A stretch of DNA of 32,000 bases from Microcystis aeruginosa NIES-2549 (GTDB lineage Bacteria; Cyanobacteriota; Cyanobacteriia; Cyanobacteriales; Microcystaceae). The position numbers and the translations under genes were made by a program. Within the stretch, counting starts at the first letter, position 1, and the number at the start of each line of letters is the position of its first letter. The stretch lies in the NCBI RefSeq assembly GCF_000981785.2, contig NZ_CP011304.1, forward strand, positions 2,280,001 to 2,312,000. Direction: 5' to 3'. Below, piece after piece: positions 1-7,864 of this stretch. Below the pieces are notes generated by a model, which had not been told where the DNA came from, ran no database searches, and saw only the letters and a program-made list of their open reading frames with translations.

Positions 1-123
1 GAGGGCGGCGACAGTAATGATGCCGAGGGGTGGAATGGTGGCTTTCAGTCCCGCGATTTCCATAAAGCGATCGTAAGACCAGAAAGACTGGGGAAACTCA
101 GGGTAGAGTAACAGGGCTTTCAT
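1..123 (-). CDS. B12-binding-domain radical SAM protein, N-terminal 41 codons only (gene continues past the window start)
   Basis: Minus-strand ATG at 123-121 is followed by MKALLLYPEFPQSFWSYDRFMEIAGLKATIPPLGIITVAAL. I associate this N-terminal pattern with cyanobacterial B12-binding/DUF4070 radical SAM proteins. The fragment is too short for a firm call. Confidence 0.5.
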   Translation of the reverse strand, partial: MKALLLYPEFPQSFWSYDRFMEIAGLKATIPPLGIITVAAL

Positions 124-144
124 CGAAAAACTGGGTCTGAAACC

Positions 145-171
145 CCGCCCTTTAGCGATAGCGGAGGGCGG
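145..171 (-). other. Hairpin just 3' of the IsrB-like pseudogene (candidate IS200/IS605-type subterminal hairpin or terminator)
   Basis: A 7-bp stem CCGCCCT (145-151) / AGGGCGG (165-171) encloses a 13-nt loop. It begins CCCCGCCCTTT, like the hairpin at 1801-1822. Confidence 0.3.
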
Positions 172-1284
172 CTTTATATAAGTTAGCGAGAAACAATTAA
201 ACCGTTAGAACGACGAATTAACTGAATCTTACTAACAGTTATCTGTCCCAATCGTTGACCATTGGCATCGCTTACAGATAGCTGTTTTTCGGTATCTCCA
301 CTCACATAACCAATTCCTTTGGGAGAAGAAATTAAATCTCCTTTACGGAACCCATGTCTTGTGGTAGAGCCACATTTACGTCGTTTACCACCTTACAACT
401 ATGTCTGCTTCTTTATTGGAGGGGAATATACCGATGATCGAGTGAATATTTGTCATGAATTTCCTGTTTTTAGTACATAATTAGATTATATCTAACATTC
501 CGCAGATCAGATTCCACTTCATAAATATCCCTCTTTGGGAGTATCTCATTTATGCAAGTGAGTAATTATATTTATCCATAAAACTGGTTTCTAGCAAGGC
601 TTTCAAAATAGCTTGACATAAAAACCTGATTTAGGGGTTACAAAGGTGAGATGCTCCCTCCCTCTTAGCAATGCCATCGTTAGCATGACTTTCTGGTGAT
701 TGTTCTGCTTTATTTTTGGACTTTTCTAGTCGCAAATATTTTCTGAGATTAGAGGTTTGCCAACCAAAGCGAGTATGGACTGTTGCCAATTGAGATAGTT
801 GCTCAATCGCCCATTTCTCTCCGACCATAACTGGCGAGAAACCTTTTCCAGACTTAGCTCCTTTTCTACTGGAAGTTAGATCAATATCGGTTTTGACATA
901 CTCAAAGTAAATGTCAGTAATTGGATAGATTTTGGTTAGTTCAGAAACGTCTCGACTTCGCTCGACGTTGACGATTAGCTCTGATTGAGGGAGCTAATTT
1001 TCCTTGTCTTCTATTTGAAAATCGTTTTTGTCGATGCGCTCTTAGATTAAGGGGAAGTTGGCGGTTAATCCGTCTTTTTCTACGTCCTCTTCGCATTAAG
1101 CAGCGATTGTCTACGCGCTCTCTTACTCGCTTAAAAGGAAGTTCTAAGTGAGCCTTCCAAAGAGTAAAAAGGGAGGATTGAACGCCAATTCCAGAGAATA
1201 ATTTACCCCGGTCAATACCAATAGCAATCGGTTGGGTTTTGCTATCGGAAGGTTCAGTGGTTAGCTGGACATAGAAAATATCTA

Positions 1285-1497
1285 GGGTCTGCTGAAAAAG
1301 TTTTTCGTGGGGGCAGGGTGTGGGGTGTGGGGTGTGGGGTGTAGGGTTTTACCGATTTTGAGGTAGTCAGTTACCTAATTTTCAGGAAAAAAGTCCAGGA
1401 ATTTTACCCCCGATCACTCCAATGGTAGGCACTTTTTGAGGGGAAAAAAGTCTAAAAGCCTTATCCAACAAGGTTTTTAGATTTATTCAGCCAGCCC
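1285..1497. mobile_element. 213-bp MITE-like insertion inside the IsrB-like gene, with a 6-bp target-site duplication
   Basis: TATCTA occurs at 1279-1284 and again at 1498-1503. The imperfect terminal inverted repeats are GGGTCTGCTGAA (1285-) and TTCAGCCAGCCC (-1497). Removing the insert and one TATCTA copy restores the in-frame reading KFNDLDIFYVQL. Confidence 0.65.
1311..1347 (+). repeat. G-rich heptamer run (GGGGTGT about 4 times) inside the MITE
   Basis: The sequence is GGGCAGGGTGTGGGGTGTGGGGTGTGGGGTGTAGGGT. It has at least five G-tracts of 3-4 nt separated by TGT. Confidence 0.85.
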
Positions 1498-1615
1498 TAT
1501 CTAAGTCGTTGAATTTACCGATAGCTTTTCCTTCCTTAATCCACCGTCTGGCCCGACTGGGTTTGGTGGGCATCAACGGTTTTCCGTCTTTTGAGATAAC
1601 AGGAACTCTTGCCAT

Positions 1616-1909
1616 GGAGATAATCCTTAAGAGTGAAGTTAAAGTCCCTTACCGCAACACAATCAAGATGTCTTGTCTAACAACGCTTTACCAATAAAGC
1701 TGAGAGGTAATCCGAACTAGGGAAGTATTCGGAAGTCTGTGCCAGATTGTGTCTCGATGCGGTAGTCTCTACTTGCGTCGCCTAAATTGGTCTAGGCAAG
1801 CCCCGTCCCTTTTAGGGCGGGGTTAGTGACGAATCAAATTATCTCAAACCCAGTCAACGCTTCGACATTTTGTCGGAAAGCGATTAAGGCATGATTAGCT
1901 TGATAGTTA
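1616..1909 (-). ncRNA. Candidate omega-RNA region (IsrB omega RNA and/or 3' part of the TnpB omega/reRNA); assignment ambiguous
   Basis: This ORF-free 294 nt lies between the tnpB stop and the isrB-like ATG. It contains stems at 1801-1822 (9 bp plus a bulge), 1711-1731 (CCGAA/TTCGG) and 1861-1878. The call rests on position and structure only. Confidence 0.3.
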
Positions 1910-3160
1910 CTAATTCTGTACGCAAATATTGCATCTAGAATTAGCTTTGTACGCTTTGACCCGTACTGGGTTAACTACGAACCTCTCTATCGGATTCCCG
2001 CTAAAGGCGGCCTCTCCGACTACCTTTCTTCCAATATTTAAGGAACCATTAATATCTGCTCCATAGAAATAACCCGACGAGCTTCTGAATAGTCCTCTTT
2101 TAATTCTCTTGCCTAAATAGCTTTTTTGCTTTTGAATAGACTCTAAGTCTAAGAAACTACATTTAGAGGTATAGCTTTCATTAGTTGTTTTGACCTCTAT
2201 TCCTACTAAATTTGCTTTATAGGTAAGTTGTTCGATCAACCTTGAATGAGGAATATTTACGAATGACTGGTTATTTCTATCTCCAATATTAATGTTTTGT
2301 TTCCAGCCTTGATTATGACCAATAACTAAAAGGTTAATTTGATGAGCTAGTAATTTATCAATAATATATTTACTAGCGGTGTGGAGGTAATAATCCACCT
2401 TGCAATTACGCTTTAAAGTTAAACCTTGTATTCTTTTACTGGTCTTCTGTAGACTGGGTAATTCCGATTTGAGTTTAGCTAGTGTCTTGTTGTACTTTTG
2501 ATTGCAGGATTTTAAGGCTTTTCCACATACTAAAGTTGGCTGAAATTCGGGAATATTAGAGGTAACAGCAGCTAGGTTATTTAAGCCTAAATCGATAAAA
2601 GCATATCTTTCTCCCTCTTGACTTGATGAGGATGGTTGTTCATAGACAATCTCTAAACAATAAGCACCCAATTTAGGAATAATCCTGACCTCTAATACTT
2701 CCTTTAAATTAGTTTTAAATTCTAAATTAGTCCCTGATAGCTTGATTAAACCTTGCTTCAACGCTTTTTTAGAAATGGCTTGATAGTTATAAGTTAAAAC
2801 GTTTCTACCTTTTTCCTTGTCTTTGTATCTTGGCAACTTAGGCTCTCCTGTAAATTTATCTGGCGATTTTTTGTATTGTTCTTTCGCTTTTTGGTAGGAT
2901 TTAAAGGTTTTTTCTACTTGCTTTAATACTAACTGACTTACTTTGGCGGGTAAGGCTTGATAATCTGGACTCATTTTTAAGGCATGATGTAACTCAGTCA
3001 TTGTTAAAAATGGTTGATGTGAAAAGAAAACTTGACGGTTTAAATAAACAGCACAATTATACAGATTCTTCGATAAAAATCCTAATTTATCAATTACTGA
3101 ATAATTTTTGTGATTAAATTTAATTAGATGTTTTTGAACTAATTTCATCATTCTCCTCAA
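1910..3160 (-). CDS. tnpB: TnpB-type RNA-guided endonuclease (IS607/IS1341-type OrfB)
   Basis: The 416-aa ORF carries a RuvC triad: AFIDLGLNNLA (Asp), TTNESYTSKCS (Glu) and GADINGSLNIGRK (Asp). It overlaps the tnpA stop. The true start is probably the MMKLV methionines at 3151 or 3148. Confidence 0.9.
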   Translation of the reverse strand: MRRMMKLVQKHLIKFNHKNYSVIDKLGFLSKNLYNCAVYLNRQVFFSHQPFLTMTELHHALKMSPDYQALPAKVSQLVLKQVEKTFKSYQKAKEQYKKSPDKFTGEPKLPRYKDKEKGRNVLTYNYQAISKKALKQGLIKLSGTNLEFKTNLKEVLEVRIIPKLGAYCLEIVYEQPSSSSQEGERYAFIDLGLNNLAAVTSNIPEFQPTLVCGKALKSCNQKYNKTLAKLKSELPSLQKTSKRIQGLTLKRNCKVDYYLHTASKYIIDKLLAHQINLLVIGHNQGWKQNINIGDRNNQSFVNIPHSRLIEQLTYKANLVGIEVKTTNESYTSKCSFLDLESIQKQKSYLGKRIKRGLFRSSSGYFYGADINGSLNIGRKVVGEAAFSGNPIERFVVNPVRVKAYKANSRCNICVQN

Positions 3161-3737
3161 GGCATTTAATTAAACATTCTGTCTTTCTATTTCGTCGTCT
3201 TAATGAGTATAATCGAGCGCAAAATGAGGTAATTATGCTCACGAAGTCTTCCATTAAATCGTCTTTTCTTTCTTCTGCTAGATTAACGACCTCTATATCT
3301 CTATTTGTTTGATTTAAAAGAACTTTCAGATAATTAAACCCTACTCTGCTTAAACGATCTTTATGTTCTACGACAATCAAATTATAATCAGTTTGTTCTA
3401 GAAGTTTTAATAATAGCTTTCGATGATCATTGACTCCACTTCCTACTTCTTTAACTACTCGAACAATTTGATAGCCTTTCGCAATACAATAAGCTTCCAA
3501 TCTTTTTGCCTGAGTCTCTAAGTTAGATTGATTTTCTGAACTAGAAACTCGCGCATAAATAGCTACTTTATTTTCACCGCAAGAACGGTCATCTTCAAAA
3601 ATAATAATTGTTCCTGTAGGAAGACGTTCTCCTTGTAACTGCCCTCGATTCCACATTCTCCAAGCAGTGTCATAACTGATCCCTTTTTTCTTAGCATAAT
3701 CTGATAGTTTTATATGAACTGCAATGTAAACTTGCAC
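3120..3737 (-). CDS. tnpA: IS607-family serine recombinase transposase
   Basis: The N-terminus has a MerR-like HTH (KLSDYAKKKGISYDTAWRMW). The resolvase catalytic motif is IYARVSSSENQ, followed by VVEHKDRLSR. The start codon at 3737 is GTG. Confidence 0.9.
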   Translation of the reverse strand: MQVYIAVHIKLSDYAKKKGISYDTAWRMWNRGQLQGERLPTGTIIIFEDDRSCGENKVAIYARVSSSENQSNLETQAKRLEAYCIAKGYQIVRVVKEVGSGVNDHRKLLLKLLEQTDYNLIVVEHKDRLSRVGFNYLKVLLNQTNRDIEVVNLAEERKDDLMEDFVSIITSFCARLYSLRRRNRKTECLIKCLEENDEISSKTSN

Positions 3738-3813
3738 TAACCATATTAGCAGTTGTTTGCAGTCATTTGCATATACTTTTTACAAAACTTTACAATACCT
3801 GACTGGGGTACGC

Positions 3814-4662
3814 TCAAGAGATGGCGATCGCCTCTGTTGTCGGTATCAAAATATTCTCGGAAATCGGCTTGGCATCGGGTAAGTAGTCCATAAAAAGCCT
3901 CATCTGATTCATTTGTACCTGACCAAAAATAGTGGCAAAAGAAACATCGGCTGCATCTCGTCCTGTGCCAACGCGAATTAGCCCGCTCTGAGGCACAAGG
4001 CGGGTAGGATCGAAAAGATACCAGCGACCCCCTAGATAAGCCTCAAACCAGGCATGAAAATCGGGGGGATTTAAACCATAGGCGTAGCCGGAAACAAAGC
4101 GTGCTGGAATATTCAAAGCCCGACAAAAAGCAATACCTAAATGGGCAAAATCACGACAAACGCCTACCCGTTCTATCGCTGTATCGCAAGCAGAAGTTAA
4201 AGAATCACTGCTACCAGAGAGATACAAAACATTGTCATAAATCCAGTTACAGATAGCTGTCACCCTGGAATAACCAGGGACTAAATGGCCAAATTCAGCC
4301 GCGACAAAGCGCAATAATCGATCTGACTGACAGTAACGACTCGGATAAAGATAGTACAAGATATCGAGGGGTAAATCGGCCGGCTTTACTTCAAAAATCG
4401 TACTGGGGTCTGAATAATAAGGAGATAAGCCAACGGTTGCTCGATAGGAAATTTGCAAATTGCCAGGAGGGGCATTGAGTCGAAAGTATCGGTTTCCACT
4501 GACAGAAGTGATGTATTCCTCAATCGACCGTTGAGAGTTAGAATGGAGGTCTTCCTGAACAATAATCTGATGGTTGTTGCTGACAATAGCAACATTAAGA
4601 ATTAGAGTGCTTGCTTGCTCAATGCTGTAGGTTAATTCACAGCCAAGCTCATACTTTAGCAT
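3814..4662 (-). CDS. Transglutaminase-like cysteine protease family protein
   Basis: The Cys/His/Asp core is GVCRDFAHLG .. HAWFEAYLGGRWYLFDPT. I place the start at MLKYELG (ATG 4662), which overlaps the upstream stop as ATGCTAA. The longer track ORF to 4815 overlaps the neighbouring gene. Confidence 0.85.
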   Translation of the reverse strand: MLKYELGCELTYSIEQASTLILNVAIVSNNHQIIVQEDLHSNSQRSIEEYITSVSGNRYFRLNAPPGNLQISYRATVGLSPYYSDPSTIFEVKPADLPLDILYYLYPSRYCQSDRLLRFVAAEFGHLVPGYSRVTAICNWIYDNVLYLSGSSDSLTSACDTAIERVGVCRDFAHLGIAFCRALNIPARFVSGYAYGLNPPDFHAWFEAYLGGRWYLFDPTRLVPQSGLIRVGTGRDAADVSFATIFGQVQMNQMRLFMDYLPDAKPISENILIPTTEAIAIS

Positions 4663-5162
4663 ATCGTTTTTCCCTGTCCTTTCAATACGAGCAGATGCTG
4701 GAGCCGAAGCCGATTGTAACGCTGCACCCACAAACAAGGCAGGTTGAAAGCTGTTCCCACGGCGAGGTTTACCAGCACACCCCAGCCAGGAGTCCAGAGC
4801 ATCGTCACTAACCAAAACAGCCAGATGGCGATGTGAACGTATTCCGCGCGACGGGTTTCAGCCAAAAAACGGGACATTACGGCACAGTCCCCACCGCCAA
4901 CGGATGTTTTGCGAAAACCTCCTGGGAAGAAATCCCCTGCTTCTGGCAACCGATCCTTCCATCGCTTGATCCGCAGTACCCGATTGTACCATTGTCTATC
5001 TTCCCCCCAGATTCGTGGCCGGGTCAGGCAGGTGTCCGTTTCTAGGAATTTCAGGGGAAGTCGATGACCGACAAAACCGATCAAAAGCGACCAGACTGTC
5101 CAACCGACCACACACAGCCCGACAATTACCCCATCCGGTAACTGTAGTATAGACAATCTCAT
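4656..5162 (-). CDS. CrtO-like glycosyl-carotenoid (glycosyl-4,4'-diaponeurosporenoate-type) acyltransferase family membrane protein
   Basis: RIKRWKDRLPEAG, ETRRAEYVHIAIWL and LWVQRYNRLRLQHLL match the staphylococcal CrtO pattern I recall (VRKWKHK, ETKRAELIHW, VQRYNRPRL). Its ATG directly abuts the GT2 stop as TGAATG. Confidence 0.75.
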   Translation of the reverse strand: MRLSILQLPDGVIVGLCVVGWTVWSLLIGFVGHRLPLKFLETDTCLTRPRIWGEDRQWYNRVLRIKRWKDRLPEAGDFFPGGFRKTSVGGGDCAVMSRFLAETRRAEYVHIAIWLFWLVTMLWTPGWGVLVNLAVGTAFNLPCLWVQRYNRLRLQHLLVLKGQGKTIC

Positions 5163-6257
5163 TCATTCACCTTGCCATCGGGTACTTATCCTTCGTCCTT
5201 TCCATTCGATTTGACCACGTTCGAGATTCAGAATTGCCAGCAGGAACACTGCAATGAAGAAGGCAACCGGAATGGGGAAGAAAAAGACGATTGCTCCGAA
5301 TGAACCCACTGGCCATACAATTATGGCTAACTGTATGGCGAAGGCAAGATAAAGCAGTACGTTATATAGTAAGGATGAATTCCCGACAATCGGCCAGCCG
5401 AATAGGGATGCGGGCAGACACCAAGCCGCCCAGAACAGCCCTGAAAGCCAGAACACAACTGCCAGCATCCGCAGCCAAGAGACTTCCCCTGCTGCCGTTG
5501 CAAAGTTTTTGTCGAAACCAACAACCAAGTCCCGCAGCCCGCCGGGGTACATCCGATAGTCCAGTTGGCCATGACCAATGTATGCACTCACTGGCAGTCC
5601 CGCACTCTCATAAATATGAGCCATGAACCAGTCTTCTACAACATATCCTGCCACAGCGTCGTGGCCGCCGACCCGCTCATAGTCATCCTTGCTGGTAGCC
5701 ATAGCCGGTCCAAAAGCCACACCACCTCTTGCTCCCAGTTTGACGGCCATCAAGCCGACGAGATTGAACAGAACCGCTAACAGTTCGTAGGGGCGTTCAG
5801 TGCGGTGATAGGGCTGAACTGAGACCAGACCACCTAAGTGTTGAACAGTTGCCACCAGCCTGCGGAGCAGCTCCTCGCCTGGCTCAGTGTCGGCATCGAG
5901 AAAGACGAGAATATCGCCAGATGAGGCTGCATATCCGGTTTTGAGTGCCCAGTTTTTCCCTGTCCAACCTGTGGGCAAAGGGCTAGTCTGCACTACTTTC
6001 ACCCCAGCCTGTTCGGCGATCTGTGGGGTAGCATCGGCGGACTGGTCATCGATGACAATGATTTCGTAGGGCTTGAATGTTTGCTGCTTTAAGGCTGTTA
6101 GCAAATTAGGGAGGGTACTCTCTTCATTCCTCGCCGGAATCAAGACCGAGACTTTAGGCGAATCGACGACTGAAAGGTCTGGAAGTCGCGGCAACCGCCA
6201 CATCAATCCCCAGCCTATTAGCCAACGCACCACCAGTGTGATGGACATCAGATCCAT
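5163..6257 (-). CDS. Family 2 glycosyltransferase, CrtQ-like
   Basis: GT2 motifs are VSVLIPARNEE, IIVIDDQSADAT and FLDADT. SVQPYH, FGP and the C-terminal EWKGR resemble CrtQ (4,4'-diaponeurosporenoate glycosyltransferase) as I recall it. Confidence 0.85.
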   Translation of the reverse strand: MDLMSITLVVRWLIGWGLMWRLPRLPDLSVVDSPKVSVLIPARNEESTLPNLLTALKQQTFKPYEIIVIDDQSADATPQIAEQAGVKVVQTSPLPTGWTGKNWALKTGYAASSGDILVFLDADTEPGEELLRRLVATVQHLGGLVSVQPYHRTERPYELLAVLFNLVGLMAVKLGARGGVAFGPAMATSKDDYERVGGHDAVAGYVVEDWFMAHIYESAGLPVSAYIGHGQLDYRMYPGGLRDLVVGFDKNFATAAGEVSWLRMLAVVFWLSGLFWAAWCLPASLFGWPIVGNSSLLYNVLLYLAFAIQLAIIVWPVGSFGAIVFFFPIPVAFFIAVFLLAILNLERGQIEWKGRRISTRWQGE

Positions 6258-6292
6258 AATGATTCAACCTTTCCTTCCGTCTAGAACATCAC

Positions 6293-6484
6293 TCACCTAC
6301 CGATACGAATTCCCTTGAGAAAACTCAGCAATCCGAACACCTTAAGAATCCACAAAACGAGGGCGATGACAACCACAATGTTCAGGATTTGCTTGATCTT
6401 GCTGTCCATCGGAATGTAGTTGTTCACGAGCCACAATAGAACCCCAACCACGATGATAACTACCATAAACTGTACCAGATCCAT
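6293..6484 (-). CDS. Small two-TM membrane protein (Thivi_2564-like family, from memory)
   Basis: The 63-aa ORF has two hydrophobic helices (VVIIVVGVLLWLV and IVVVIALVLWILKVFGL). It is the first gene of the co-directional GC-richer cluster. Confidence 0.55.
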   Translation of the reverse strand: MDLVQFMVVIIVVGVLLWLVNNYIPMDSKIKQILNIVVVIALVLWILKVFGLLSFLKGIRIGR

Positions 6485-6540
6485 GACTGACCTCCTTTCT
6501 CCGATCTAATGAGTTTCGTCAAGCATTTTATTCTCTTCAT

Positions 6541-6568
6541 TATATATGCTCGTTTATATATGCTCGTT
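6541..6568. repeat. Perfect tandem duplication of a 14-mer
   Basis: TATATATGCTCGTT is repeated twice back to back, upstream of the 6484 gene start. Confidence 0.9.
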
Positions 6569-6683
6569 AGGTGGCCCAAGCAATCGCACACAATTCTTGA
6601 AGATACGCAATAAATCTACAAGAGATACTTATGTAATAGCAATTAGGAGATAAATATTAAATTTTTCAAGTTAGTATACAGAA

Positions 6684-7864
6684 TATAGTGCGCCTAAATG
6701 ATATGTAAAATAGAATGCCGACGAGAACTGAAAAGAGCCTTAGCGGTTAAGCTGGCTTTGTCGGGATACGCTTATAGAGCAATTCAAGAAATTCTTGGAG
6801 TGACCCCCGGATTCATTGCTAAATGGAAAAAGGAATTTATTTCAGCAGGAATTGAGGGGATTATCTTGAAGTATAAAGGTTCGAGACCCTATCTAAATGC
6901 CGAGGAAAAACAAGAATTAATTCAATGGATTATCAACCAGAGTCCCTGGGATATTTGGGAGCTATAAACTTATGTACTAGAAACGTATGAGGTTGTGTTT
7001 AAATCGAGACAGAGCTACTACCAATTGCTAAAAGAAGCGAGAATTAGCTGGCAAAAGGCGGAACAAGTAAACCCGAAAAAAGATGCAGAAGAGGTCAAAA
7101 AAAAAGAATGAAGAAATCAGTCAATTATTGGAGAGCAAAAAAGAGGAGATTCAGTCGGGAAAGCTAGTGGTGTATTTGCTTGATGAATGTCATCTGGTCT
7201 GGAAAGATGTTCTAGGCTATCTCTGGAACTTTATTAAAGAAAGACTAAAAGAAGGTAAAAATCCCTCAGAGTTACCCGAAAGAACTTTGGTGAAAATTGA
7301 GAATGAAAAAGAGAGAAAAACTTATTATGGAGCTTTAAATTTAGTGGGCAAAGAATTTATTTTAGCTCCCTACAAAGCTGGGAAGGTCGAGAATACAGTA
7401 GATTTCTTGAAAAAACTAATTCAAAGCAACCCTGGGCGAAAAATACTGATTATTTGGGATGGAGCTTCCTATCATTCGGGAGAAGAGATGATCAAATTTC
7501 TTACTGAACAAAATCAGGGTTTATGTCCAGAAGATTGGCAGATTACCTGTCATAAATTTGCTCGATACGCTCCGGAAGAAAATCCAGTAGAAGCAATTTG
7601 GCTACAGTTAAAAAATTTTTTGAGAAGATTTTATTGGTTGGCAAAAAATTTTCGAGTGGTTAAACGCTTGTTCGAGTTTTTTGCCAAATTTCAATTATTT
7701 AATACCAATTCTCCAAAGTCTGACTACAGAAGTTTAATCCCCCTAAATCCCCCTTAAAAAGGGTGACTTAAATTCGATGTGTAGTTTTCATTTAGAGAAA
7801 TGGTATAATTTTCCTAATCTTAAGAAATACGATGCCTTTTCACAATTCATTTAGGCGCACTATA
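6684..7864 (+). mobile_element. IS630/Tc1-mariner-family insertion sequence, inactivated copy
   Basis: There are perfect 17-bp terminal inverted repeats: TATAGTGCGCCTAAATG at 6684-6700 and its complement at 7848-7864. The flanks are TA-rich, consistent with TA target duplication. Confidence 0.85.
6698..7757 (+). pseudogene. IS630-family transposase, broken by an in-frame TAA (6965-6967) and a frameshift at an A9 run (7097-7105)
   Basis: The HTH part spans 6698-6967. The same frame continues after the TAA as TYVLETYEVVFKSRQSYYQLLKEARISWQKAEQVNPKKD. The DDE part (LLDECH, IIWDGASYH, PEENPVE) is in another frame from 7083. Confidence 0.8.

Larger units (their letters stand above)
183..1615 (-). 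pseudogene. IsrB-like OMEGA RuvC nuclease (PLMP/RRXRR N-terminus, split RuvC, no HNH), disrupted by a MITE, a frameshift and stop codons
   Basis: Hand translation of the minus strand gives MARVPVISKDGKPLMPTKPSRARRWIKEGKAIGKFNDLD (from 1615). It continues IFYVQLTTEPSDSKTQPIAIGIDRGKLFSGIGV (RuvC-I) and LELPFKRVRERVDNRCLMRRGRRRKRRINRQ..KLAPSIRANRQ (Arg-rich bridge helix). Further on are ITDIYFEYVKTD (RuvC-II Glu), SHANDGIA (RuvC-III) and GFRKGDLISSPKGIGYVSG..LIRRSNGLIVSR-stop (stop at 185-183). The pieces lie in different frames, and the track ORF 631-828 is one fragment. Confidence 0.7.
1700..3800 (-). mobile_element. IS607-family insertion sequence (tnpA serine recombinase plus tnpB); the ends are approximate
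   Basis: Overlapping tnpA and tnpB have intact motifs. The AT-rich left end (3738-3813) carries short reiterated TTGTAAA and TGCAAA motifs. I cannot fix the right-end boundary between about 1700 and 1830. Confidence 0.7.

Noticed and set aside
1509-1697. Plus-strand 62-aa ORF
   Set aside because: It lies antisense to the clearly recognisable PLMP N-terminus of the IsrB-like gene and has no recognisable features.
4386-6318. Nine extra ORFs of 60-111 aa on both strands (for example 4386-4595, 4611-4811, 4833-5045, 5291-5626, 5327-5587, 5565-5780, 5887-6069, 6073-6318)
   Set aside because: All overlap the three well-supported minus-strand genes and have low-complexity Arg/Pro/Ser-rich translations. 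They are the expected by-product of the elevated GC content here.
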